Origin: Camelus dromedarius
Taxonomy: Eukaryota
DNA length: 64,000 nucleotides
Direction: 5' to 3'
NCBI RefSeq assembly: GCF_036321535.1
Contig: NC_087437.1
Span: forward strand, 78,246,001 to 78,310,000
Program-made: the position numbers and the translations under genes
Notes under the pieces: model-generated
What the model was told of the DNA's origin: nothing
Seen by the model: only the letters and a program-made list of their open reading frames with translations
Databases searched by the model: none
Shown here: piece by piece, positions 52,470 to 64,000 of the stretch
How the letters are laid out: every line of letters starts with the position of its first letter
Numbering within the stretch: position 1 is the stretch's first letter

Positions 52470-53105
52470 CATACAGTTTTTGTTGCTGCTGTAACGAATT
52501 ACCACAAATTTTGTGACTTTTAACAAGACAAATTTATTATCTCACAGTTTCCATGGGTCAGGAGTCTGGGTGTTAATTAGTTGGTTCCTCTGGTCACATC
52601 TCACAGGCTGAAATCAAACTGCTGGCTGGGGCTGCCATCCTCCTGTGAGGCCTGGGGGCCTTTTTCAAGCCCGTTGGTTGTTGGTAGGATTCAGTCCTTG
52701 TGGTTGTTGGGCTAAAGGTCCCTGTTTTCTTGCTGGCTGCCAACTCAGGATCACGGTCAACTTCTAGAGGCCGCCCCCATCAGCAGTTCACAGAGGAGCT
52801 GCCTGGGTTTTCCTCCAGAGTTAGCAGGTGTGAGGGTTCCTGACTTCTGCTGCTGTGTCTGCTCTGCCTCTAGCTGGAGAAACTTTGCTGCTTTTAAAAA
52901 AGTGCTCGTGTCATAGAGGGGGCCCACTTGGATAATCTCAGCTAATCTCCCTATTTTAAAGTCTGTAATCTCAGTCACATCTGCAAGGTCACTCCTTTTT
53001 CTTATCAGGTAAGATAACATATTCATTGGTTCCAGGAATTAGGACGAGGAGTTTTTTTGGGGAGTGGGTTGGGGGGTGGCAGGGGTGCGACACAGTATAC
53101 CTACC
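52470..53105 (-). mobile_element. MLT1 (D/E-like) solo LTR
   Basis: ttgctgctgtaacgaattaccacaaa...ccacttggataatc...ggttccaggaattagga. Confidence 0.82.
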
Positions 53106-53893
53106 GGAGTAGAGCTTCAGGAAAAACACGTAATTCTAAATACATTTTAAGGGCATAGTTTTTGTCATTCATAAAACACTTAGGAAACTTTCTAAAACAA
53201 GATAAAAAGTACAACTGTGGCATGACATATTACAAATCAGAGATCATGATTTAGATAACAGTTCCCATCAATTGCCCTTATGTTGAAAAAATAATTTAAG
53301 ACTGTTTTATTTCTTAATTTTTCATCCTGTCAGGAAAATTTTTGAAAGAGTCTGAAATGGGGAAAAAAAAAATTAATGTGTGTCCTGTCTGGTTCACCTG
53401 TATCTTTGACTCTGAGTTTGTAGATTGTGGGACACTGATCATCATGCAAATCATTCTCGTATATAGAAATGTAAATTGGTTGTGTCCAGTGAAACGCAAG
53501 TGATTATTGCCCTGTGGATAGACCCATTTTGCATCTACTTGCAATTTCATTTCAGAATTCATTATTCTCTCTTTTTAATGTGTGGTTCTTAGAATTCTCC
53601 TCTGAATTGCTTGCAACATATTACTGTTCCCACATTAATTGATGAGTTGGATAAAATCTTTGACACGTGTTTTTTCTGCATTTGTATAATGGTCAAGATT
53701 TTATTCTTAAAAAAAAAAATTAACCCTTAACAACTTTCAGAATGGAGACAACCATTCTTCCTTCGTTTCTTACCATCTACCTCAAGGCTATTCTTCAGTT
53801 GGATGTTATTCACAAAGAATCTCCCATTGGGAGATTCCCCTGTTTGGTGTCAGATAGACCCCAGCTCACACCAGAAGGCTGAAAGCTCTAGGT

Positions 53894-54230
53894 CAATGCT
53901 CTCCAGTGGAAAGATAATGGAAGCCACAAGTGTGAGCTACTTACGCAATTTTAGGTTTTCTAGTACCAACATGTAAACAAGTAAAAAGAAACAGGTGACA
54001 TTAATTTTAATAACCTGCTTTCTTTAACCCAATATATACAAAATATCTTCATTTCAACAGATAATCAGTATAATAGTTATTAATGGGTTACTTTACATTT
54101 TTATACTAATTCTTCAAAATCAAGTGTGTATTTTACACTTACAATGCATCCCAGTTCAAACTACCCACATTTAATTGTTCAATAGCCACATATGGCTATT
54201 AGCCTGCATATTGGACTGTTGAACCTCTAG
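53894..54230. mobile_element. MER33-like hAT-Charlie element
   Basis: aaagaaacaggtgacattaattttaataa...aatagccacatatggcta...atattggac. Confidence 0.78.
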
Positions 54231-54609
54231 AGATACCTTGAATTCTATTTATTTTCAAGACAGTTCTCCTAGACCCTAAAGAATTTTTGAGGTCTCAACA
54301 TACTTCTCATAAATTCCTTTTTAAAAAACTGTGATAGCCCTAATATTTTTGTTACTTACAAAAACATCTGATTGGTATTCTATTAACATAATATGAATTA
54401 TTTTTATTTACATAGTGGTTTTAACTTATAAAGTGCCTTCCTACCTATTAGTTGACTAAATCTTAACCACATTAGGAATAGATTATTTTATCCTCAATTC
54501 TTACAGAGAAATTAAAGATGTCAGAGACCTCAAAGATAGTATTAGAGCTAACACCCAGAACCTAGACATTTTTATTGTTGTATATATTTGTGAAGATAAG
54601 TTACCTCCA

Positions 54610-54985
54610 GTGCCTAGGTAATAACCTCATAAGCTATGCTTCAGTAATAAACAAACTCCCAAATCCCAATGAATTATCACATTCAATTTTTATTTTTCAT
54701 CCATTTCACAGATTAGTGTGAGGAGGGTGCCTCTCATCAGGGCTCTCCTCCAAAGTTTGTGTTAGTGATCCAAACCTCTTCCATCCTAAAACAGTGCCAT
54801 CAAGATATCCTTGTTTCCCATGGGAATAAGAGAACAAGGACAGGGATCACCTGCTCTGAACTGCTTCATTCTTACTGACGTCCATTGGTTTAAGAGTTAG
54901 TCACATAGTCCAACCAGGGTTCATGCCACTGGAGAATTTAGAACAAGACAGCGTATTTGGTCTGTAATAATAGCCTCAGGCACAT
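54610..54985 (-). mobile_element. Old MLT1 (J/K-like) LTR
   Basis: gctatgcttcagtaataaacaaactccccaaatc and tccattggt...ttagtcacatag. Confidence 0.5.
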
Positions 54986-55359
54986 TGAGCAATGGCCAAC
55001 ACAGTGATTCAGGATAACTTATCTCATTTTTGAAAAAACAAAAGATTGTGTCTCCTTTCAAATATAAAGTGTCCAAAATAAAATTTGCCGCCTTCTATTT
55101 CCTGTTTTCCGGCTCGTCCATTTTGTCTAGTGGCATAACGATTTTCTCTGATCCTTTTTCATTCTTTGTATTTTGTTGGTTTTCATATCCATTGTATTGC
55201 CACATGCTACATAATCTGACAATGTAATTTTTCACCTAACATTCTTTTTTGTTTCACTCATACAATTAGTATCCTATTTCAAATCTCATAATTCATCTGA
55301 ATCATTCAATAGACTCTGACTAATATTTTCTGAATTTAGTGTTTCCCCATTCTTTACTT

Positions 55360-55555
55360 GAATCCTGGCTTTGCCAATGATGAATTATATAATCTTGGGC
55401 AAGTTGCTCAACTTATTTGTGCTGCAGTTTTCTTACATGTAAAACTTCAAAAATTATAGAAATATTTTAATAGAATTAATAGGAGGATTACATGAGTTAA
55501 ATAAAGTACTTAGAAGAATGTTATGCTACATACTGAAATATTAACTCATTATTCC
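55360..55555 (+). mobile_element. MIR SINE
   Basis: gaatcctggctttgcca...atcttgggcaagttgctcaac...cagttttcttacatgtaaaa. Confidence 0.75.
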
Positions 55556-55983
55556 TAGTCCATCAGTGCTTCTTATATTGAAGTCTTCATTATAACCCAG
55601 CATTGTGTTATAATATAAATCTTATAAAACTCTTAGATAGGCATTTGAGGCCTTCCACAATAATATCACAAACCATTGTTAAAGGATTGATATACCAGTA
55701 TCTCCATCCAAACTGAACCATTCATTATTTTTCAAACACTACTTCTGAATATCTTCTCTTATAATCATGATCTTCTACTTGGAGCAGGTTTCTCCTGCAT
55801 TTCTCTCAAAAAAGTGCATCTGTTTATTCTACTCTAACAATGAAGGGTTTCCTGATCCTGCAAAGGGAGGAGGAAAGGGGTAGAGAGGTGGCAAAAGAAG
55901 AGAACATAAAAATAAATGAACAACCTTCGTCATTTTAGGGGGAAGTGTTTCATCTTCCTACACAATCCCTGCGGCTAACCTCT

Positions 55984-56495
55984 TGCATTAGTCAGGGTTT
56001 TCCAGAGAAACAGAGCCAATAGGATTAACTGATTGATTTAAAGGAATTGGCTTACATGATATGGAGGCTGATAAGTCACAAGATCTGTTGTTAGCAAGCT
56101 GGAGACCTAGGAGACCCGATGTATATAATAACCCAAGTCTGAAGACCTAAACATGGGGAGAACTGATAGTGTAAATTCCTGTTTCAAAATCATCAGGCTC
56201 AAACCCAAGAGCTGATGTTTTAGTCTAAAGTCTTAAGGGCCAGAAAAAATCAATATCCCACATCAACTTTTCAGTCAGGAGGAGTTCTTTTACTTAGACT
56301 TTTTGTTCTATTCAGGTTTACAATTTACTGGATGAGGCCCCCCCAAATAGGGAGAGCAAGCTACTCTACTTGTTCTGCTGATTCAAAAGTTCAACACACT
56401 CAGAAATGCCCTCATGACACACCCAGAATAATATTTCACCAGATGTCTGGGTATCCTACGGTCCTTTCAAATTGACACATAAAATAAGCTCTCAT
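55984..56495 (-). mobile_element. MLT2 (ERVL) solo LTR
   Basis: tgcattagtcagggttttccagagaaacagagccaatagga...aaattgacacataaaat. Confidence 0.85.
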
Positions 56496-57615
56496 ACTTC
56501 TCCACTTATTATTGCTTTCAAAGTTTTTAAAGTCATATAATTATGTCTCTAAATATTAGTGCTATATTATCATCCTGTCTGCAAATTGTTGAAGAGAAAG
56601 ATCACATCTCATTTTAATTTTCTTCCCTTCAAGAACTTGTACAATGATGTGTAGCCTAGAGTTTCTCAGTAAGTACCTGACCAACAGACCTTGAACTTGA
56701 TCATACGACACAGAGGGAGGTAGAACCTAACACCAATTACCAAGTGACAAAGCTTCCTAGCAGCAGCTAATTTTAATCTCATAAATAGCACCCAGTGACC
56801 CAAATCAAATAGTCAATGAGACAGCACACGTTAACCAATCCTGCTGTGGCACACAGACCAAGATTCCATACAGTCAATCAAATGCTGCAAATTTAATGTC
56901 AGGAAACAAATAGATAGCCAATGTTTACACAAAACCTATATTTTCAATAAAATTTAGGAGTTGTGGAAAGCCTGCAACAAATTCTACCCCATGTGCAGAT
57001 CATCAAAAAAAAAAAAATTTTACTCCCTACTTTCTGAAATATTTTAAAAGTAGAATTTTGTTTATATTTTAATTTTCTTGCCACAAATTTGTTAATACTG
57101 CTAATCTTCTATTACTTCTTGCAAATTAAAATCAGTAGAAATGTTTAAATGATGTCCTTTTATAACTGATAAATGTGTGGGTTTTTTCCTCATTTTATGA
57201 TGTTTACAGAGATGATTTACATTTGCTTTAATTATTGATTAAATAATTATTCATTTTAACTTCTTGGAATTGCTGAAGTTTTTCCAATTATGATACTTCC
57301 TTAAACACACACACATCTATATACACATATACAAAAAACTCTTCGTATTTTTAATTTTTAAAATAATATTTGGTAAGTATTTTAATTATTATTTTGTTAG
57401 TTATGGTTAATATTAAGCAAACAGAATATTCCTCAGAAATTATGTTGCTATCTATGACAAATTATGTATCAATCTGTAAATACTATAGCATATATATGTG
57501 TATATACGCACACATATGTATCTTAGAGAGTTTGATAAACAAGTGATAAATCAATTAAGAATCTCTTCATATTAGTAGATTAAGAATTATAGTCTCTTCA
57601 TAACGAACAACATAG

Positions 57616-58217
57616 TTCTGCCGAAAGATCGGCCTCTGTCCCTGATGAGCCGAATTGAAACTCATAGATGGGGCCTTAGGACTGAAGAAAGAGAGACATC
57701 TTTATTACTTTGCCGGGCAAAGGTGACTCATAGCAGGCTGGTGCCCTCAGAACTGCACCCATCTTGGGGATTGGGTAGGGTAATTATATAGCCATAGCTT
57801 AAACATTAAGCATCGATAATAATGAACAAAATTATTACAAAATAATTCTTCTCGTAAGTCTCAGAGAGGTGTCATGGCATCTCCAGGTACCAGTTCTATA
57901 GAAGCTAATGGTTGTCACTCTTTCGATCTCTTTATCTTGTAAGCGCCCAAAGTGTGGTCTTCTTCGTAATTCAGGCTATTTTGTAAGGTTACAGTCCGTG
58001 ACCTTCTCCCTGGAGAACGACTCAGAGACCAAGTCTGATTATTGCTTTCGATTACTGGAATAAAGCAGAGACAGTAAAATTAATAGCTTTATTTTAACAA
58101 TGGGCCTGGAGCTGTGAACAGCAACCGGTCAGTCAGGTTAGTTGGCCAGTTTAAGAGCAAGCATAAGAATAAGCAATCTGTTAGGCTAAATGCAGCCTTT
58201 TTATTAATTCTCCTTCA
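57616..58217 (-). mobile_element. Young, probably lineage-specific ERV solo LTR
   Basis: Minus strand begins TGAAGGAG, with TATATAA ~57784-57790 and AATAAA 57701-57706. Retains CpGs. Flanked by atag at 57612-57615 and 58218-58221. Confidence 0.8.
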
Positions 58218-60044
58218 ATAGTATACATTGTGAAGTTGGTGTGGAGTTTTCTTTTTTTATAGGAGTCAAGCTAAATACATGCTTGACCTTAACCAGCTTT
58301 AAAAGTCTGTCCCCCTGAGAATTAAAATACAATTAGCCAGAAAAAAATGTTAAAACAAAACAAAACAAAAAAACTACGTCATGGTCAGCTAATGTTTCTC
58401 CAGGAAACTCAGCTTGTTGTAATGATTAATATGTTTAGACTATATAAAATACACATATGCAAATGTTTAAATTATCTATATGACTTTAATTTTTCCATTT
58501 TAGAATGATTAGTACATTTTCTAACATAGGCCTGAAGATGCAAAACAAAGAAAACAAAATATGGCATTAATTTCTGTTTCAAACTATGGTTTTATTTTCC
58601 ACCAGGATTCTGCAATTTTTTCCTTAATATCCTACTATCCAAACCAGTTTGCCATTTAGATGCTGTTATTGGATTAGAAAATACATATTTACATATCCAT
58701 ATATTTTAATCATCTAGTCTGAGGCTGACAATATAACCAGGAGAAGTCTTTGTGTATAGTTGTAACTCTATTATGATATGGCTTTGATTTTATAATTTCA
58801 TGCTCTGATTTAGACTATTGTCTAAAATATATTTTATTTGCATTCTCAGTTTTAACTCTACTGAAGTTTTTCATAATACCAGCAGAATTCTGCACTGAAA
58901 CTTCTAATGCAATTAGTATACAGAGGCTGTGAATTATTTATACAGATGACTTTTAAGTGGAGGCCAACATTAATTTGACTAGGTCACTGGCTTTGGAGAG
59001 CTGAGAGCCATGTAAATAGCTGGGAAGCCAATGGCTTTTAATTAGCAGACTGAAGCCTACAGTTTCTGAATAATATATATTTACTTCAAAAAAATAAGTT
59101 ATTTATTGCTAATGAAAATGATCTTTGTTTTATATCTTCATTAGTCAGTTTACATCATGTTTCATAACATGTATTTCATATAATTTTCTGATCAGTTATT
59201 GCTGAATGCCAAAACTCTGTATGTGCTAAATTATGCTAAATATGTACACACTGCTGGTTCATCTGCTGTCTTATAGATGAAAGTGAGCCTCGGCGAGAAT
59301 TATCAATCAATTCAGCCTTCTTACCCCTCATCACCACATACAGTTAACAAATCTGAGCTAATTTCATAAACTCTGGATGGATTTTTCATTGACTTTTCAA
59401 GCTCCATATCCTCAAAGTAAGACTCCTTGTGTTTAACTGAGTTACGGATTCAAGTTTTAGACTATCTGAGGTCTCTGCACAGGAAGTACTTTCCGTTATA
59501 GACAATTTAGGTTGCTTCTCTGATTTCACTTCACCTTGCAAGATGGATTTAACTGTGGAATTAGATGTAATGCTTTTTGTTAAATAACACACTGATCTCT
59601 TTGTTAAAACAGCTCACCTGCTTTGGTTATTTAAATTCTCTTCTTTTTCCTGCATGTAAATGTACTCATTTGTAAGTCTCTTTTTATTTACTTTTTTGCG
59701 CATGCTGGCATTTTTATACTCTGAGTACTGTGCTCTCTCTAAACTACAAGGTGTTTTTTTTTCCTCTGTAATTAATTGAACATATGCATTATGTAGGAGT
59801 CCCAGTTTTCATCTGGCCCAGGAAACAGTTTAGGCAACAACATGATTTGTTTCAACTTTATTAGTGGACAAAAGCCAACTCATTTCTCACACTTCATAGA
59901 CTTGTTTGGCATTTTACGCAGCATTCAGTTTAAGCAAATAGAACTCTGGGTACACTTTAAAAACATCAAATCTGGTTCACTTAAGAGCCATAGTGCAGGA
60001 CTTAAACGCTCTGGGAAGCTGCTCAATTTCCTACTCTTTCCCTC

Positions 60045-60580
60045 TGAAGGGTTTCAAAACAAGTGTCCCGAAAATGTGCCACTTGGGCATGTGGGCGATT
60101 TTTAATTGAAAGTAATTAAGACCCAGCAGACTCATGAAAATCTTTTACCTCTTCTTAACCTGCCTAAAAGAATTTAGACAGAAGGCTTGGTCTAGGAAGA
60201 GAACTAGCATCAGAGATAACTACAAAGACTCCAGGCTGTGTGGTAAACTGGGGGGAGCTCGGCTGGGCCCAGAGGTCAGATTCCTCTCTGTGCCCCATTG
60301 TCTTTGCCTGGCATGGTAAACATTCATTTCTCAAATGTTTGTTCTTCCCATCTTCTTGTGAACTGTCTGTCTCCCTGTTGGTGAAGTCTCAGACCCTTAT
60401 CACTTCTCCTTAGCTCAGGATGGCATATAAGCCTCAGTTGTCCGATTGCGTGTGGGTCTCATAGTCTTATGAATCCTCCATATGTACAAAATTTAATTAG
60501 TTTTTCCCCTGTTAATTCTTCCTGTGTTATTTTGATTACTAGACCAGCCAAGTAGAGTAAATAGTTTTTTTCCTCGATAT
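60045..60580 (+). mobile_element. MER34-like ERV1 solo LTR
   Basis: tgaagggtttcaaaac...aaaatgtgccacttgggcat, TATA-like catataagcc and tcccctgttaat. Confidence 0.75.
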
Positions 60581-61959
60581 TTTAGAAAAGCAGAGTGTTG
60601 ATTCCCGATAACAGGCAATTAATTAATTATGGCAATTTATTTCTTTCACATTTTCTTTGCTTAACCACACTAAAACATAACTCTAAATTTGACCCTATCT
60701 TCAGGGTCTTTATATAATATATATATATCTCATTTATTTTTCCATACATCTATTTTACTGGCCAAAGGAGAGCCCTAGGTTTGGAATCTCTTTTTAACTC
60801 CCAAGTAACTCTGGGAAGCTGATCAAGCTGTATCTGATGAACTGTCCCACTGTGCCATCAGTTAAAGTCTGTGCCTGTCTGACAAGTCAGAGCAGCCTTC
60901 AGTAAACTTTCCAATATTTGTGACCACAAAGGTTAGAGAAAACCAAGTGCCTGACAAATTTAAGACATTCTTCTCACTGCATACTTTTGTAGCATAGGAA
61001 TTATTAAACTTCTTTATAAATAAAGTTGTCCACCTAGTTTTAATTTTTTTCTTTCTCAAACTATAAATAGGTGCAACCCAATTCAGGTCTGTCTCATGGT
61101 GAGTTCTGCTGTTGGGTGAACACAGTTTTAATGAAATTACATTGGATTATTATGCAGATGCACGCATATCTTGATGTGTTTTGTCTTTCATTTTTAGACT
61201 GAAGTCAATTCTACTTTAGTGTCAGTACATTCTGGGGAGAAGGGGATACCCTACTGTGATTTCAGCATAATAAAGTCTGATTGAAGTGTCAATGATTCAG
61301 CTGTGTTTTGTATTACAGAGTTAAACATGGGCTTTCATTTAAACAAAAGGGTTCAGAATAGATGGGGGTGTTAGGACAATAGGGCACTGCGGAACAATTT
61401 AACTACGTGGCATACGCCATTGAAAAATAAAAAAGAATTTATTAACTTGACCCTGACCATGACTGGCGCTGTGCCTCACCCTCTCTCGCACTTCAGGAAC
61501 AAGATCTTTACAAGCAGCACAACTTTTGGAACACACATTACTTTTTATTTTCTTGGATATTATTTCTAATGATGTGATATTGTTTAACCAAATTGTTTCA
61601 AACTTTTAGGAAAGGGAATACTAAATATAAAAAAAGCCTAGAGATTTTATTATTCAAGCATTTAAAATCATTTTCTTTTTGGGAGGTTAGAGGCAGGTGT
61701 GGGAAAATAGCTTCTAAATACAATGATAGCAGTCTTGATAGTGAAGTGGGATATCTTCGCAGAATATAGATAGTTTCATTCAAATTCTTATTATCACGGC
61801 TGTGGATTTAAAAATTACAATAATAAAATAATTTTGAGATTATAATAGGAATTTAGATCACATCTTTCTTTTAAAATATTGTACATATAAATATAAATTG
61901 GCAGTCAATATAGTTCATAATTAAGAGTCAAAAAGCAAGAGTATAATCTTACCTTTGCA

Positions 61960-62215
61960 GGTAACTAATGGGCCAAACTTAGTCAAACTCTGGCATTCTG
62001 AACCTACATCTGTTAAAATAAAGAGTTGGGCCAGGTCTCTAGTCCTCTACTTCAATGCTTCTACCCTCTTCTGATTCAAAAATCAGCACTCTAGACTTGA
62101 GTTTTCTCACTTGCAAAATCAGTAGCTGTACATTGTTGATAAGGTGATGTACATAAAACCCTAAGCAGAGTGCCAACATAGTGTCAGTGCACAGTGTATG
62201 CTAGTTGCTGCCATC
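61960..62215 (+). mobile_element. MIR fragments
   Basis: acatctgttaaaataaagagttgg and gttttctcacttgcaaaat...agtgccaacatagtg. Confidence 0.5.
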
Positions 62216-62379
62216 ATTATTATCAGAGTTACCATTGTGGTTGTCATTGTCAGTCATCATCATCATCGTCCTCATCACCATGGTCATCATCTTCAAGTGT
62301 AAATATTATGGGTGATTGGTATTTTCTTTTTTATATTTTTCTATATATTTCAGAATTCTGTATACTTATTCTTTATTAA

Positions 62380-62979
62380 TGTTATAATTGAGACTGAGGG
62401 AAGGGGGCAGGGCACAACCACTGAAGGAATGACACAGCCATCGAGGACAGGACAAACTGGTTACAACCAAGCTGGCGGAATATTCGACTTCCAGTAGACC
62501 TTGAGCCTCATGGTGCACCCACAGGCACCATGACAGTTCCTAGCTGACCATAAAAGTTCCAAAAGTGGGCAAAGGGCCAATTCCTGGAAATCCCTGCCCC
62601 TTCCCCAAAGTAGCTAGAATAATCCTTCTACTTATTAGCATATGAAATTACTGAGCCTATAAAAACTAACAACTCAGCACCTCGTGATCGCTTTCTCTCT
62701 TGCATTCTGAGACATCATGCACTCTGTCTATGGCATGTGTATCTATTTTTACTTTAAACTAAACACCTCCACACCTCTCAGTCTCCCTCTTGCATTCTGA
62801 GATGGCTCAAATTCTGCCATGGAGTAGATATCACTTAAGCCGCTCTCCCTTCTGAGTGAGATGGCCCCCACTCTGTCTAGGAAGTGTGTAGATGTCTCTA
62901 AATAAACTTGCTTTCACTTTGCTATGCCTTCCTCTTGAATTCTTTCCTATGCAAGGCAAGAACCTCTTCTCCAGCAACA
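62380..62979 (+). mobile_element. MER41-like ERV1 solo LTR
   Basis: gcaccatgacagttcc, attagcatatgaaatt...ctataaaa (TATA ~62658), aataaacttgctttcac...ttgaattctttcct, ending gcaaca. Confidence 0.75.
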
Positions 62980-63304
62980 TCTTGTCACATACTTATTATA
63001 GGTTCATAGAAGAGGTATTGACTTTTGTCATCTGATTCGAAACACATGACAAAGTTGGCAGAATTCGCTAGAATGGATCAGGTTATACTCCACTTCTTTC
63101 CTTTAAAAATGTTACTCATTAGATTGTAAGTAGAGACAAGTTGTCACTAAAATTCAAGCACAACAATTTGTCTCACTTATGAAATATATCCACTAGAAAA
63201 GGGATAAGAAAGTATAGTGCATTTTTATCTTTTCTCTGCAAATTTTGACAAAATCTACTGGTACCTCTCCACGTGGCTACTTCTGTCTGTGTCAGCAAGG
63301 GCAC

Positions 63305-63889
63305 TGCCAAGGAGGAAAACACTTTCCTCTGCCCTCTTAGGTTCAATATTTGGAGTCCTGAAAATTAAACTGACAAAAGACAGATAAATAAAAGAAAAGC
63401 CAAATTTTCATCAAGTCCTTTTATTAACATACATAGGGAAGGTCACAGACAAATGTGATTCCAGGAACTGATTAGACACTGGGGCTTATATACCTTCTTA
63501 ATAGGGGAAGTAAAGGGGGAAAAAGACACTTCTGGGAAAGTGAAAGATGTTTTAACATGGGAAGAGGTGAGGAAGCAGAGAAACTTAGGGGAAAGCAACT
63601 AACTTTCAGGAAAGATAAATGGGCCTTTAAGATAATAGAAAGAGAACTTGAGAGTTTGGGGGCAATGTCTGTTTACGTGTGGGGCTGACATCTTCCTGCC
63701 AGTGGTAAGAATCAATCTCCCCTGGCTGCCAAACCCCAGGAAAGGGGGTTTATGACAATTGAGTTTTTTGGGGATAGAGGCTCTGCTTTTAAGGAAGATA
63801 AGGGAGTTCAGAAAAAAAAAAATCTATTCTCAAATGCCTTTAGCACAAAATAATTTTTATACCACAGTGGACTATCCCTGACCCCTGCA
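63305..63889 (-). mobile_element. MER34/MER39-like ERV1 solo LTR with perfect 4-bp TSD
   Basis: TG...CA termini, gcac at 63301-63304 and 63890-63893, minus-strand aaattattttgtgctaaaggcatttgaga. Confidence 0.82.
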
Positions 63890-63972
63890 GCACTGTTCAT
63901 TTCATGATGTGTGAGGAAAGTTTTGAAATATATTGGATGCTCCCTCTGAATAAACAACTTACTCAGATCAGT

Positions 63973-64000
63973 ATATATATATATATATATTTTTTTTTTT
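63973..64000. repeat. (TA)n followed by poly-T, possibly the tail of a retroelement beyond the window
   Basis: Direct reading. Confidence 0.8.

Noticed and set aside
62194..62379. Ser/His-rich ORF
   Set aside because: Degenerate (TCA)n low-complexity tract at a MIR end.
1..64000. CRISPR array, operon or other prokaryotic-type system
   Set aside because: The sequence is mammalian, with no regularly spaced repeats and no gene-dense ORF structure.

Overview
AT-rich, repeat-dense mammalian DNA that looks intronic or intergenic. It is very likely camelid (camel/alpaca/llama), because it carries a vic-1-type tRNA-derived SINE at ~10.25 kb. I found no recognisable host protein-coding gene, RNA gene or CpG island. 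The only real coding remnants are LINE-1 ORF2 C-terminal fragments (25.9-27.2 kb and 47.7-48.2 kb, minus strand). The window is a layered fossil record of L3/CR1, L2, MIR, hAT DNA transposons (Arthur1, MER63, MER3, MER33), MaLR/ERVL LTRs (MLT1, MLT2), ERV1 solo LTRs and several ages of L1. The best-supported unusual structure is at 31774-32240: one L1 insertion with both a ~120-bp 3' transduction (own AATAAA and second poly-A) and a 5' inversion, inside an 11-bp target-site duplication (TSD), nested in two LTRs. Two sites each hold a pair of independent L1 insertions a few bases apart. There are also speculative exon-like and micro-gene-like signals in unique sequence. I found no evidence of a new multi-gene biological system. 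Repeat family names come from my recollection of consensus sequences, not a database search, and boundaries of old repeats are approximate.
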